Shown here piece by piece: positions 1 through 9,439 of a DNA stretch of 32,000 nt. Under the pieces are notes generated by a model that was not told the DNA's origin, did no database searches, and saw nothing but the letters and a program-made list of their open reading frames with translations. How positions within the stretch are numbered: the first letter of the stretch is position 1; the number at the start of each line of letters is the position of its first letter. This DNA is from an archaeon (GTDB lineage Archaea; Iainarchaeota; Iainarchaeia; Iainarchaeales; CSSED10-239): contig JBBABY010000002.1 of NCBI GenBank assembly GCA_041657425.1, forward strand, positions 1 to 32,000, written 5' to 3'. A program made the position numbers and the translations under genes.

Positions 1-315
1 ATCTCTTAATCTACCTCTACTTCTTTCTATGTCTCCAGTCGTTATTACTAAAGTGTATTTCTTTTCTCCTATAGTTAAAATATCTCCTGAGTTGTATTCT
101 TTAATAGTTTTAGAAATAGGAGGATTTTCTTTTATTTTTTTAATAGCCCAGGCCTTTAGTCTTTCTATTTCTGATAGTTGGTCTTTTGAGGAGAGAAAGA
201 AAGGTATTCTAATGTTAATGTTCTTACCAATGGAGCAAAGAGAGTTTCTTCTTCTTTCAATGTATATCTTAAGAGTATACTCTTGTCCAGAGATAACTAG
301 GATTTCTTGGTTCAT
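1..315 (-). CDS. partial CDS (N-terminal 105 codons, continues past the window start); possible DUF45/YgjP-like metal-dependent hydrolase
   Basis: The minus-strand frame is open from the ATG at 315-313 down to position 1 (checked codon by codon): MNQEILVISGQEYTLKIYIERRRNSLCSIGKNINIRIPFFLSSKDQLSEIERLKAWAIKKIKE... The basic RRR-x-S strand, the IRIP strand and the following W..kki helix resemble DUF45/YgjP N-termini. The HExxH part would lie outside the window. It is absent from the ORF track because it has no stop in the window. Confidence 0.45.
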   Translation of the reverse strand, partial: MNQEILVISGQEYTLKIYIERRRNSLCSIGKNINIRIPFFLSSKDQLSEIERLKAWAIKKIKENPPISKTIKEYNSGDILTIGEKKYTLVITTGDIERSRGRLRD

Positions 316-437
316 TGTTAAGAAGAAAGAGAGAATTAGTTTTTAATTAGATTTTTCTTTCAAAGTTGCTATTATTTTACTTAAAAGAACTCATTTAATA
401 ACAGAAAGATTATGATATATCTATATACAGACAAATT

Positions 438-1130
438 ATGAACCCTAAAAAAAGATTTGGATTTGATCAAATTCAAGGAAACATTAGTATTATAATTATC
501 CTAACTCTAATCGCAGCATTAATACTTGAATTTATTAAACAACGTTGGGAATTCTTCTTTATTACAGTCCTAGCTCTTGTTTTAATAGTTGCAATATATT
601 ACTTCCAAGGCAAATCAGGAATTCATTTGCCATCTGGATTACAATTATCAATAATTTTGTTTATTTATGGTGGTGTTTTTCTTGGAGGAGTACAAAACTT
701 CTATCTTAGATTTTGGTGGTGGGATTCTTTATTACATTTGTTCTCTGGTTTTACTTTGGCATTAATTGCTTTTGGAATAATGTATTTCTTATATAAAACT
801 GAAAAGATTAAAGCTAATTTTGTTTTTATCGCAGTAATAGTCTTTAGCCTTTCTATGACTATTGGAACAGTTTGGGAAGTTTATGAATTTGCTGCAGATA
901 ATACCTTTGGATTAAACATGCAAAAAGCAAGAAACTTATGTCCAGCAACTGGTGCTTGTGATTCTAGATTAGGATTATTAGACACCATGAAAGACACTAT
1001 ACTTAATGCAGTGGGGGCATTGTTAGTTTCCATTTTAGGATACATCTATCTAAAGAATGGAGAACAGTTTTTTCTAAATAAAATCATGAAAAGATTTGTT
1101 AGAAAAAATCCACGCTTATTTTTTAAATAA
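438..1130 (+). CDS. polytopic integral membrane protein (possibly DUF2238/YjdF-like)
   Basis: 230-aa ORF with about 6-7 hydrophobic helices. Motifs WWDSLLHLFSGF and WEVYEFAAD...DTMKDTILNAVGALL recall YjdF-type proteins. The family assignment is from memory only. Confidence 0.6.
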   Translation: MNPKKRFGFDQIQGNISIIIILTLIAALILEFIKQRWEFFFITVLALVLIVAIYYFQGKSGIHLPSGLQLSIILFIYGGVFLGGVQNFYLRFWWWDSLLHLFSGFTLALIAFGIMYFLYKTEKIKANFVFIAVIVFSLSMTIGTVWEVYEFAADNTFGLNMQKARNLCPATGACDSRLGLLDTMKDTILNAVGALLVSILGYIYLKNGEQFFLNKIMKRFVRKNPRLFFK

Positions 1131-1210
1131 AAATTATTTAGTATGAGTAAATTCCATTTAATTTTCTTTGGGAATGAAAGAACTTTCTTTTACAAAAGAA
1201 AGGGCTTCCC

Positions 1211-1226
1211 GCACTGGACAGGTACC
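1211..1226 (+). promoter_or_regulatory. GC-rich 16-mer GCACTGGACAGGTACC upstream of the ORF6N gene; recurs (15/16) in the same gene-relative orientation at 15372-15387
   Basis: Direct reading. It lies in a roughly 45-nt GC-rich island within an AT-rich spacer, about 50 nt upstream of the ATG at 1277 and upstream of a TATA-like ACAATATATTA. Its function is inferred only. Confidence 0.4.
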
Positions 1227-1276
1227 CCCCCGAAAACACCCCCTGTTTCTAATACAATATATTATTGGCGACTAAA

Positions 1277-2329
1277 ATGAAAGATAATAGTTTAATTGTT
1301 AAAGAAGATCTGACTCGAAAGATACATACTTTTAGAAATATCAATGTCATGCTGGATAGCGATCTTGCAGAACTCTATAACGTACCTACTGGTAGATTAA
1401 ATGAAGCGGTTAAAAGAAATATAGGAAGATTTCCTGAGGATTTTATGTTTCAACTAACCTCTAAGGAATTTGAAATTTTAATGGAATTGACCGGGAATAC
1501 CAGTATTAATGGTAATCGTTCGATATCGCAATTTGCGATATCAAATAAAGATTCAAAAATCTTGAAGTCACAATTTGTGACCACAAATCCAGATAACTCT
1601 AGCAATTTACCTGTTAATATTAGTAATAATGATAATCGTTCGATATCACAATTTGTGATATCAAAAACAGGAAGAGGTGGAAGACAGAAATTACCATTCG
1701 TTTTTACAGAACAAGGAGTTGCTATGCTTTCTGGAGTTCTAAAGAGTGAAAGAGCAATACAAGTAAACATCTATATCATGAGAGCCTTTGTAGCCATGAG
1801 AAAATTTATTCAAGGAAATGCAGATGTGTTTAGAATGGACCATTTTGAAAAAATACAAATTGGTCAACAATTACAGATTAATCACATAAATAAAAATATT
1901 GGAGCAATATTTTCTGCAATGGAGGATAAAGTTATTTTAAAAAAACAAAAACTTTTTTATGATGGTCAGACCTTTGATGCTTACAAGTTTGTTAATAATA
2001 TACTAAAGAGTGCAAAAAAATCAATAATCCTTATGGATAATTACGTGGATGAATCTGTTTTAGTTCTATTTTCAGAACTTAATGTAAAAGTCGCAATATA
2101 TACTGAAAACTTAACTGAGAAATTAAAACTTGATATTGAGAAGTACAATCAACAGTATCCAAAGATAGAAATTAAGACCTTCAAGAAATGTCACGACAGA
2201 TTCTTGATTATAGATCACAAAGAAATCTATCACTTTGGAGCGTCCATTAAAGATCTTGGAAAGAAATGGTTTGTTTTCTCTAAAATGGATAAAACATTAA
2301 TACCTTTGATATTAAAAAAATTGAACTAA
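1277..2329 (+). CDS. ORF6N (KilA-N-like) DNA-binding domain protein fused to a C-terminal PLD-like (HDRFLIID ... GASIKDLGKK) domain
   Basis: N-terminus IRNINVMLDSDLAELYNVPTGRLNEAVKRNIGRFPEDFMFQLT ... GGRQKLPFVFTEQGVAMLSGVLKSERAIQVNIYIMRAF is the classic ORF6N signature. The C-terminal HDRFLIID...YHFGASIKDLGKK matches the PLD/HKD-like module usual in this family. The ATG at 1277 is preferred over the TTG at 1265 used in the track. Confidence 0.85.
   Translation: MKDNSLIVKEDLTRKIHTFRNINVMLDSDLAELYNVPTGRLNEAVKRNIGRFPEDFMFQLTSKEFEILMELTGNTSINGNRSISQFAISNKDSKILKSQFVTTNPDNSSNLPVNISNNDNRSISQFVISKTGRGGRQKLPFVFTEQGVAMLSGVLKSERAIQVNIYIMRAFVAMRKFIQGNADVFRMDHFEKIQIGQQLQINHINKNIGAIFSAMEDKVILKKQKLFYDGQTFDAYKFVNNILKSAKKSIILMDNYVDESVLVLFSELNVKVAIYTENLTEKLKLDIEKYNQQYPKIEIKTFKKCHDRFLIIDHKEIYHFGASIKDLGKKWFVFSKMDKTLIPLILKKLN
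1513..1665 (+). repeat. 33-nt direct repeat (1513-1545 / 1633-1665, 31/33 identical) plus three perfect palindromes (1522-1542, 1567-1581, 1642-1662) inside the ORF6N coding region
   Basis: Read directly: GATATCGCAA-T-TTGCGATATC, GTCACAA-T-TTGTGAC and GATATCACAA-T-TTGTGATATC. The only two differences between the 33-mers are the two partners of one base pair. Confidence 0.8.
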
Positions 2330-2418
2330 AGCTTATATGTTTTAATAGTCTTCTATATATAATTATTTATTACAGTTAAGCTTTTTTTAAGTTTTTAAAA
2401 ACCTGGAGTAATACCCCT

Positions 2419-5256
2419 ATGCAAAAAAATATAGTAATTAAAGGTGCCAGAGAGCACAATCTAAAAAACATTAATGTAGAGATACCTAGAGATAAACTAG
2501 TAGTTATCACTGGGCTTTCAGGGTCTGGAAAGTCAACCTTAGCGTTTGACACAATCTATGCTGATGGCCAGAGAAGGTATGTTGAATCCTTGTCCGCTTA
2601 TGCAAGACAGTTTCTTGGAATGATGAAGAAACCAGATGTTGATTCCATAGAAGGATTATCTCCTGCAATTTCTATTGAACAAAAGACAACTTCCAAAAAC
2701 CCTCGTTCAACTGTTGGAACAGTAACAGAGCTTTATGATTACTTAAGACTTCTTTATGCAAGAATAGGAATACCTTATTGTCCTGAACACAATATTCAAA
2801 TCAAATCTTTATCTCCACAAAAGATGACTGAAAATATTCTAAAAGAATATGATGAAGAAATATACATCCTTGCGCCTATTGTTCAAAAGAAAAAAGGAAC
2901 TTATGAAAAGTTGTTTGTTGATCTTAACAAAGAAGGATTTTTAAGAGTAAGAGTAAATGGAGAAATTGCAAGAACCGATGAAGATATTAAGATTGACAGA
3001 TATAGAATGCATGATATTGATGTAGTGATTGATAGAATAAACCCTAAAGATGATCAGACAAGACTATACCAAGACATTGAGCAAGGTATTTCCAAGTCTG
3101 ATGGTCTAATTAAGATTGTAACAGTAAAAGACTTTGAAAAAAACAAAGACAAAGCTAAAGAAAAGCTTTTCTCTGCTAAGATGTCTTGTCCTGTCTGTGG
3201 TCTTTCCTTTGAAGAACTACAACCAAGAATGTTTTCTTTTAATTCTCCGTTTGGCGCTTGTGAAGAGTGTTCTGGTTTAGGAATTAAGATGGATTTTGAT
3301 CAGGACTTAATAATTCCAGACAAAACAAAATCAATTGCTGATGGAGCAATTATGATTTATAGAAATGCAGTTGATGGTTGGAGAGGACAACACCTTGCAA
3401 CAGTTGCTAAACACTATAAATTTTCAGCAATGACTCCAATCAAGGATTTAACTAAAGAACAATATGATATCTTGATGTACGGTACAAAAGATAATATTCA
3501 ATTTAATTTAGAAGGAAAAAACGGAACTTCTAGTTTCAATTACACAGGTGCTTGGGAAGGAATAATTCCTCAGTCTAAAAGACTATATAAGCAAACAGAA
3601 TCTGATTACAGAAGACATGATATGGAAAAGTACATGAGAACTTCCATCTGTCCAGTGTGTCAAGGAAAAAGATTAAAGGAAAAGATATTAGCTGTCAGAG
3701 TAATTGATAAATCAATAATTGATATTACTAATCTTTCAATTGGTGACACTGTTGATTTCTTTAAGAAATTAAAACTTGAAGACAAGCAAAAAGAAATTGC
3801 AAAGCACATCCTAAAAGAAATTAATTCTCGTTTAGAGTTTTTAGAGAAAGTTGGATTAAGTTACTTAACTCTTTCAAGGTCTTCTGGATCATTGTCAGGA
3901 GGAGAAGCACAAAGAATACGTTTGGCAACAAATCTTGGAACAAATCTTACAGGTGTATTATATGTCCTTGATGAACCTTCTATTGGTTTACATCAAAGAG
4001 ACAATCAAAAATTAATTGATACTCTTTGTAAGTTAAGGGATTTGGGAAATACCGTAATCGTTGTTGAGCATGATGAGGACACAATAAGACAAGCAGACTT
4101 TGTTATTGACATGGGACCAGGAGCAGGAATCTATGGTGGAGAAGTTGTTGCTATTGGGACACCTGAACAAATTGAGAAAAATAAAAAATCATTAACAGGC
4201 CAATACCTTTGTGGTAAAGAGTTTATCCACACACCAAAAACAAGAAAACCAGCTCTTGATTACCTTAAAGTGATTGGTGCAAGCGAGAACAATCTAAAAC
4301 AAATTAATCTAGACATTCCAACAGGAGTATTAACTTGTATTACTGGTGTTTCTGGTTCAGGTAAGTCTTCTCTAGTCTACGAAACAATCTATCCATTCCT
4401 TATGAATAAATTCTATGATTCTAAGATGGATGTTGGTAAAGTTAAAGAAATAATTATTCCAAAGATTGCAGATAAAGTAATCTCTATTGATCAATCTCCA
4501 ATTGGTAGAACTCCAAGATCTAATCCATCAACATACACTAAGCTCTTTGATGATATTAGAGTAGTTTTTGCAATGACTAATGATGCAAAACTTAGAGGTT
4601 ATGACATTGGAAGATTTTCATTTAATGTTAAAGGAGGAAGATGTGAGGCATGTCAAGGTGATGGACAGATTAAGATTGAGATGAACTTCCTTCCTGATAT
4701 TTACGTTGATTGTGAAGAATGTAAAGGTAAAAGATATAATGCTGAGACTCTTGAAATTGTTTACAAGAAGAAAAGCATTGCAGATGTTTTAGATATGTCT
4801 GTTGATGAAGCATATACTTTCTTTGAAAATCATCCTAATATTAAAAGAAAGTTACAGACTCTTGTCGATGTTGGTTTAGGTTACATAAAGTTAGGACAAA
4901 GTTCAACAACTCTTTCGGGTGGAGAAGCACAAAGAATAAAACTAACTAAAGAACTTTCCAAGAGAGACACAGGAAACACAATTTACCTTCTTGATGAGCC
5001 AACAACTGGTCTTCATTTCCACGATGTTAAGAAATTGATTGATGTTCTAAACAGACTTGTAGAAAAAGGAAACACAGTTGTTGTTATTGAACATAATCTT
5101 GACGTTATTAAGTCAGCAGACTACATAATCGACCTTGGACCAGAAGGTGGACAAGGTGGAGGAAAGATTGTTGCTACAGGAACTCCTGAAGAAATTGCAA
5201 AGAACAGCAAAAGCCACACAGGGACTTTCTTAAAAAAAGTTTTAGATAAGAAATAG
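2419..5256 (+). CDS. uvrA: excinuclease ABC subunit A (UvrA)
   Basis: 945 aa. It has two ABC ATPase modules ([25 protein letters not shown]; [23 protein letters not shown]), zinc modules (CPVCGLSF...[12 protein letters not shown]...CEEC) and a GGAG RBS upstream. Confidence 0.97.
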   Translation: MQKNIVIKGAREHNLKNINVEIPRDKLVVITGLSGSGKSTLAFDTIYADGQRRYVESLSAYARQFLGMMKKPDVDSIEGLSPAISIEQKTTSKNPRSTVGTVTELYDYLRLLYARIGIPYCPEHNIQIKSLSPQKMTENILKEYDEEIYILAPIVQKKKGTYEKLFVDLNKEGFLRVRVNGEIARTDEDIKIDRYRMHDIDVVIDRINPKDDQTRLYQDIEQGISKSDGLIKIVTVKDFEKNKDKAKEKLFSAKMSCPVCGLSFEELQPRMFSFNSPFGACEECSGLGIKMDFDQDLIIPDKTKSIADGAIMIYRNAVDGWRGQHLATVAKHYKFSAMTPIKDLTKEQYDILMYGTKDNIQFNLEGKNGTSSFNYTGAWEGIIPQSKRLYKQTESDYRRHDMEKYMRTSICPVCQGKRLKEKILAVRVIDKSIIDITNLSIGDTVDFFKKLKLEDKQKEIAKHILKEINSRLEFLEKVGLSYLTLSRSSGSLSGGEAQRIRLATNLGTNLTGVLYVLDEPSIGLHQRDNQKLIDTLCKLRDLGNTVIVVEHDEDTIRQADFVIDMGPGAGIYGGEVVAIGTPEQIEKNKKSLTGQYLCGKEFIHTPKTRKPALDYLKVIGASENNLKQINLDIPTGVLTCITGVSGSGKSSLVYETIYPFLMNKFYDSKMDVGKVKEIIIPKIADKVISIDQSPIGRTPRSNPSTYTKLFDDIRVVFAMTNDAKLRGYDIGRFSFNVKGGRCEACQGDGQIKIEMNFLPDIYVDCEECKGKRYNAETLEIVYKKKSIADVLDMSVDEAYTFFENHPNIKRKLQTLVDVGLGYIKLGQSSTTLSGGEAQRIKLTKELSKRDTGNTIYLLDEPTTGLHFHDVKKLIDVLNRLVEKGNTVVVIEHNLDVIKSADYIIDLGPEGGQGGGKIVATGTPEEIAKNSKSHTGTFLKKVLDKK

Positions 5257-5264
5257 TAAAAACA

Positions 5265-6101
5265 CTACTTTCTATCTATCATAATAAACATACTTGCAGC
5301 ATCTTTGGACTTAAAAAATGGAGTTATTGTAAATTCTTCTGAAGTGTCTCTTTTAAAATATTTATCTAAATATTTCCTCGCTTCTTTTTCTATATTTTCA
5401 ATTTCATTAATCATTCTTTTCTTATCTTTAAATGGAATATGATTAGTTGTATCTTCTTCTCCTGTAACTAATTGTTTTAATTTACTTAACATTCCAAATT
5501 TCTTTTGGTTTCTTGCTTTTCTTGATTCAATACCTAATACTCTTTCTTTACTTGGTATTTCAATATATGTTCTTCCCCTAGGTTTAAGGAAAATCGCAGA
5601 AATAAAAACATTATATGCAGGATATAACGTATGAACTCCAGAGCTCTTAGAAGCTATCACTAGATCAAAATTATTACTTATTTCTTTAATCACAGAATTA
5701 TATTTCTTTGAATTATCAAAAATGTCTTCTAATACTAATCCTTGAGAATGATCCTTAAAAATTATCTGTTTTTCAATTAATTCTGGTTTCACAGTTTTAT
5801 GAATACCTATAACTTCAATTACCGGATTAATTCCCCACTTGTTCATATCTTTTTTAAACTCAGAAATATATTCTCCTTGAGCTGGTCCAATAAAAAGTAC
5901 TTTTGGATTCTTAATATTTTTTCTCTTTAAAAACTCAATTGGATGATGATCTAATCTCCCATCAAATACTTCAGTATATCTTCTAACTGACCCATCATGT
6001 ATCCAAATATCTTTAGCAGGGTCTTTTATCATCTCATTAACGAAACCTTTCTTTCTTCTACCAAAGATTGGCTTAAATAATTTAGGTGACATAATTATCA
6101 T
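5265..6101 (-). CDS. hypothetical protein, Rossmann/methyltransferase-like fold with a degenerate glycine motif
   Basis: 278-aa ORF with coding-like composition. VLFIGPAQGEY, EVIGIH, FDLVIAS and LKPRGRTYIEI are spaced like class I methyltransferase motifs I, II, IV and post-IV, but they are degenerate. The start could be the second ATG at 6092 (MSPKLFKP...). Confidence 0.55.
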   Translation of the reverse strand: MIIMSPKLFKPIFGRRKKGFVNEMIKDPAKDIWIHDGSVRRYTEVFDGRLDHHPIEFLKRKNIKNPKVLFIGPAQGEYISEFKKDMNKWGINPVIEVIGIHKTVKPELIEKQIIFKDHSQGLVLEDIFDNSKKYNSVIKEISNNFDLVIASKSSGVHTLYPAYNVFISAIFLKPRGRTYIEIPSKERVLGIESRKARNQKKFGMLSKLKQLVTGEEDTTNHIPFKDKKRMINEIENIEKEARKYLDKYFKRDTSEEFTITPFFKSKDAASMFIMIDRK

Positions 6102-6123
6102 TTGTTTAATACATACTTTATGC

Positions 6124-7149
6124 TTAGATTTCTTTTAAAGTGTATTCTTTCTTTCCTAGACCAATTGCTTCTCCATACTCAAATGATTTTTGACCACCAA
6201 ACACTTTTCTTTTTTCTTTTTCATTTAATAGATCATAACATGCTTTGTCAAGAGCAACAGGATCAGTTCCTGCAAGCACACCAATGTCTTTTGCTATTAT
6301 CTTTGTGTGAGACATACAGTCGCAGTTGTCTGTAATGTTTAACAAGAAGTTAATGTAAACTAATTGACCATCATCTCCTTGCTTAGTTGCAGCAAGAGCA
6401 TACTCACAAAGCTTTTCTTCAAATGTTCCTGGAAGTGTTGACAACCAATTAATTGTACAAGCATTATGTGGACAAATTGCTATACATTTTGCACAGCCAA
6501 TACATTTTTCTGTATTAATATGTGGAATTAGTGTATCAATATCACAAGCACCAACTGGACAACTGTTTGCACATAAGTGGCATTTCTTACAATTGATTGG
6601 GTTAATTATTGGTTTAGAATTTGCATGCATTGCAAGTTTTCCTGCTCTTGCTGCAAAACCCATACCAAGTTGTTTGATTGCTCCTCCAAAACCAGATAGT
6701 CCATGTCCTTTAAAGTGAGACATTACAATTATTTGATTATATTCATGATAAGCTTTACCAAGTTTACAACTCTTGAAATGTTTTTGATTAATCTCTACTT
6801 CTTGAATTTCTTCTCCCAACTCTCCATCTGCTATAACAATTGGAAGATCAGAAAATCCATGTTCTTTAGCAAGAGCAATATGAGTTGCCTTTACTGTTCT
6901 CTTTCCTTTGTAAAGAACATTTGTTTCAATATACACTGGTTTACATTTATGTATTTGCAAGTATCCAATAAGTGAATGAAAATTCTTTGGATGAATGAAA
7001 GTAGAATTGCCTTCTTCTCCGAAATGTACCTTAATTGCTACATCTCCAACAAACCCTGGATTAACTTTTCTAAACAGTTCAACAACTGCAGAATTAATCT
7101 CGGTTGTGTTTGAATAGTTTTCAATTGCTTTAAAATATACATCTGACAT
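6124..7149 (-). CDS. DUF362 domain protein with a 2x[4Fe-4S] ferredoxin-type insert
   Basis: N-terminus VAIKVHFGEEGNSTFIHP...YIETNVLYKGKR is typical of DUF362. There are two CxxCxxCxxxCP motifs (CKKCHLCANSCP, CIGCAKCIAICP). Confidence 0.85.
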   Translation of the reverse strand: MSDVYFKAIENYSNTTEINSAVVELFRKVNPGFVGDVAIKVHFGEEGNSTFIHPKNFHSLIGYLQIHKCKPVYIETNVLYKGKRTVKATHIALAKEHGFSDLPIVIADGELGEEIQEVEINQKHFKSCKLGKAYHEYNQIIVMSHFKGHGLSGFGGAIKQLGMGFAARAGKLAMHANSKPIINPINCKKCHLCANSCPVGACDIDTLIPHINTEKCIGCAKCIAICPHNACTINWLSTLPGTFEEKLCEYALAATKQGDDGQLVYINFLLNITDNCDCMSHTKIIAKDIGVLAGTDPVALDKACYDLLNEKEKRKVFGGQKSFEYGEAIGLGKKEYTLKEI

Positions 7150-7220
7150 AACTTCTCACAATAATATAAATTACAAATAAGATTATAAAATAATTGATTC
7201 TTAAATAATTGTGAACATAT

Positions 7221-8060
7221 ATGACAATTACCAAAATTAAAGATATTTCTAAATCAGTTAAAAGTTATTATGATGGATCTACAGAATATGAATGGAATAG
7301 ATTAGCTCAAGATCCATACCACAGTTTAGAATGGGATACAACTCAAATATTTCTTAAGAAACACCTACCTAAGAAAGGATTAATACTTGATGCAGGAGCA
7401 GGTCCTGGAAGATATACTATTGATTTAGCAAAAAAAGGTTATGATGTTGTTCTTTTAGATTATTCTAAAGGGAATGTTGAACTTGCTAAAACAAAAGTTA
7501 AAAAAGCAAAACAAGAAAAGAAAGTTAAAGAATTTATACAAGGAACAATTGTAAATCTTTCTCAGTTTAAGGATAATTCTTTTGATGCGATAATTTGTCT
7601 TGGAGGTCCATTGTCTCATGTAGAGAAAAAAGACAGACAAAAAGCAATTAATGAACTTATAAGAGTTGCAAAGAAGAATGCCCCAATATTTGTTTCAGTT
7701 ATGGGGAAATATGCAATATTATTAGAATGTATTAGAAGATGGCCTGAAGAAATAAAAACCAATTTTAAAAAATTAATTATTGATGGAGATGATTATAATT
7801 GGGGATCTAAAAAATTTAAGAAATCATATTGCCACTTTTTTACAGTTGATGAATTAGAAAAGTTATTTCCAAAAAATAAAACAAAGTTATTAGAAACTGT
7901 TGGTCTTGAAGGATTTACATCAACTCAAGCAAAAGAGTATAATGAAATCAAAGATAAAACAATAAAACAAAATTGGTTAAATGCACATAAAATACTATGT
8001 ACATTAAAAACCACAGCAGATATTTCTAATCATATGTTGATTATTGTAAAAAAGAAATAA
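7221..8060 (+). CDS. class I SAM-dependent methyltransferase
   Basis: Motif I ILDAGAGPGRYT, acidic motif II VVLLDYS and motif IV FDAIICLGGPLSH. Confidence 0.85.
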   Translation: MTITKIKDISKSVKSYYDGSTEYEWNRLAQDPYHSLEWDTTQIFLKKHLPKKGLILDAGAGPGRYTIDLAKKGYDVVLLDYSKGNVELAKTKVKKAKQEKKVKEFIQGTIVNLSQFKDNSFDAIICLGGPLSHVEKKDRQKAINELIRVAKKNAPIFVSVMGKYAILLECIRRWPEEIKTNFKKLIIDGDDYNWGSKKFKKSYCHFFTVDELEKLFPKNKTKLLETVGLEGFTSTQAKEYNEIKDKTIKQNWLNAHKILCTLKTTADISNHMLIIVKKK

Positions 8061-8066
8061 AGATCT

Positions 8067-8510
8067 TTATTTTATCTTTATTTCATTTTGTTTCTTTTCA
8101 CAGTAATGGCACTTGAGAGTAATCTTACTTTTGTCAAGGCAATAGAATTTACTGCTTATCTTCTCGTGATTGCTTATACAGTTTGGATTATTGCATACCA
8201 AGATATTTTCTACAACGTCAGGAACTACAACGGGATATTTTTTAAACACACTTGAGTTTCTGATGATGTTTATTGTTGAGTCTTTGGAAATGAGCGCAAT
8301 CTTGTTTAGCTCTTCTTGACTTAGTTCTTTGTTTTCAATCTTGATTAAGTCTTTCTTTCCAGTCTTTTTACTTTCCAAATTGTTTGCAATAACTACCAAC
8401 TCTCCAAGCTGATTGAGATTTAGAATCTTTGCAATCTCGTTTGCTTTTCCTGACACGATGTGATCAATTACAACTCCATTACTTATTGTTCCTACTTTTC
8501 TTTCGCTCAT
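8067..8510 (-). CDS. pyrI: aspartate carbamoyltransferase regulatory subunit
   Basis: 147 aa. ISNGVVIDHI...GKA at the N-terminus and a C-terminal zinc domain CNNPNCI...CHYCEK. It overlaps the pyrB stop by 4 nt. Confidence 0.9.
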   Translation of the reverse strand: MSERKVGTISNGVVIDHIVSGKANEIAKILNLNQLGELVVIANNLESKKTGKKDLIKIENKELSQEELNKIALISKDSTINIIRNSSVFKKYPVVVPDVVENILVCNNPNCISNHEKISSKFYCLDKSKITLKCHYCEKKQNEIKIK

Positions 8511-9433
8511 TTTATCACCTTTAAAAGAATACTAATAATTGCTTCTCTAACTGGCACTCCATTGTCTGCTTGCTTGAAATAAATGTTGTGTGGAGTGTTA
8601 TCAACGTCTGTTGTTATCTCATAAACTCTTGGCAAAGGATGCATGACAAGAAGCCCAGGGTTATTTTCTCCATCAAGAAGTGCTTTTGTGATTGTGTATT
8701 TCTTCTTTAGTGGTTCCATATCTATTGGCTCAACAATTCTTTCAAGTTGTGTTCTAGTTACATAAAGAATATCTAAATCTTTTAAATTACCTTTTGCGTC
8801 TTCTAAGATTTCATATTTAATTCCTTTACTGTCAAGCATCTCAAGATACTCTTTACCTATCTGAAACTGAGGGGCTGCAATAAATTTTATTTTCTTTGGT
8901 TTGTAAAGTGTTATTGCTTCAACCAGAGAATGAACTGTTCTTCCATATTTTGGATCTCCAAAGAAACCAATTGTTAGTCCTTCAAGTTTTCCTTTTTCTT
9001 TCTTAATTGTGTAAAGATCAAGAAGTGTTTGAGTGGGGTGTTGATTAGTTCCATCTCCTCCATTAACTATTGGCTTGTTTGCTATTTCGCTTGAAAGACG
9101 TGATGCTCCTTCAATCTTTGTTCTCATAACTACAAGGTCTGAGTAACCAGCAATTACTTTAATTGCATCACTAAATGTTTCTCCTTTCTTAGCTGAGGTA
9201 TTTTGAACATCTTCAAAACCTATAGTGTTTCCTCCAAGCTTCTTAACTGCTGTTTCAAAAGACATTTTTGTTCTTGTGGATGGTTCAAAGAAAAGACTTG
9301 CAATTACTTTTCCTTTTAGAATGTCTTTATATTTTTCTGGATTGTCTTCTATATCTTTTGCTACATCCAAGATATAGTTTATTTGATCAACTTCTAGATC
9401 ATGAATTGAAATTATGTGTTTTATTTCTTTCAT
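8507..9433 (-). CDS. pyrB: aspartate carbamoyltransferase catalytic subunit
   Basis: STRTKMSFETA (carbamoyl-phosphate binding STRTR-type), HPTQ and HPLPR motifs. 308 aa. Confidence 0.95.
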   Translation of the reverse strand: MKEIKHIISIHDLEVDQINYILDVAKDIEDNPEKYKDILKGKVIASLFFEPSTRTKMSFETAVKKLGGNTIGFEDVQNTSAKKGETFSDAIKVIAGYSDLVVMRTKIEGASRLSSEIANKPIVNGGDGTNQHPTQTLLDLYTIKKEKGKLEGLTIGFFGDPKYGRTVHSLVEAITLYKPKKIKFIAAPQFQIGKEYLEMLDSKGIKYEILEDAKGNLKDLDILYVTRTQLERIVEPIDMEPLKKKYTITKALLDGENNPGLLVMHPLPRVYEITTDVDNTPHNIYFKQADNGVPVREAIISILLKVIK

Positions 9434-9439
9434 TTTGTT

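Noticed and set aside
29-346. Plus-strand 105-aa ORF from the track
   Set aside because: Its product is low-complexity and hydrophobic. The opposite strand carries an uninterrupted frame from an ATG (315) to the window edge with a much more protein-like sequence. The plus ORF is taken as its shadow.
1265-1276. TTG start for the ORF6N gene, and the GTG start at 26072 for tspO, as given by the ORF track
   Set aside because: In-frame ATG codons follow 4 and 3 codons downstream (1277 and 26081), and nothing in the extra residues is conserved-looking. The ATG starts are preferred but remain unproven.
2381-2400. T-runs (T7 and T5) after the ORF6N gene as an archaeal-type terminator
   Set aside because: This is plausible. 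However, the same bases overlap the TATA-like TTTTTAAAAA of the uvrA promoter, and there is no way to separate the two roles from sequence alone. It is not listed as a feature.
3648-3657. CTGTCCAGTG inside uvrA, matching 10 of 11 nt of the core of the GC-rich motif
   Set aside because: It encodes the conserved zinc-finger residues I-C-P-V-C of UvrA and lacks the flanking part of the 16-mer. It is considered coincidental.
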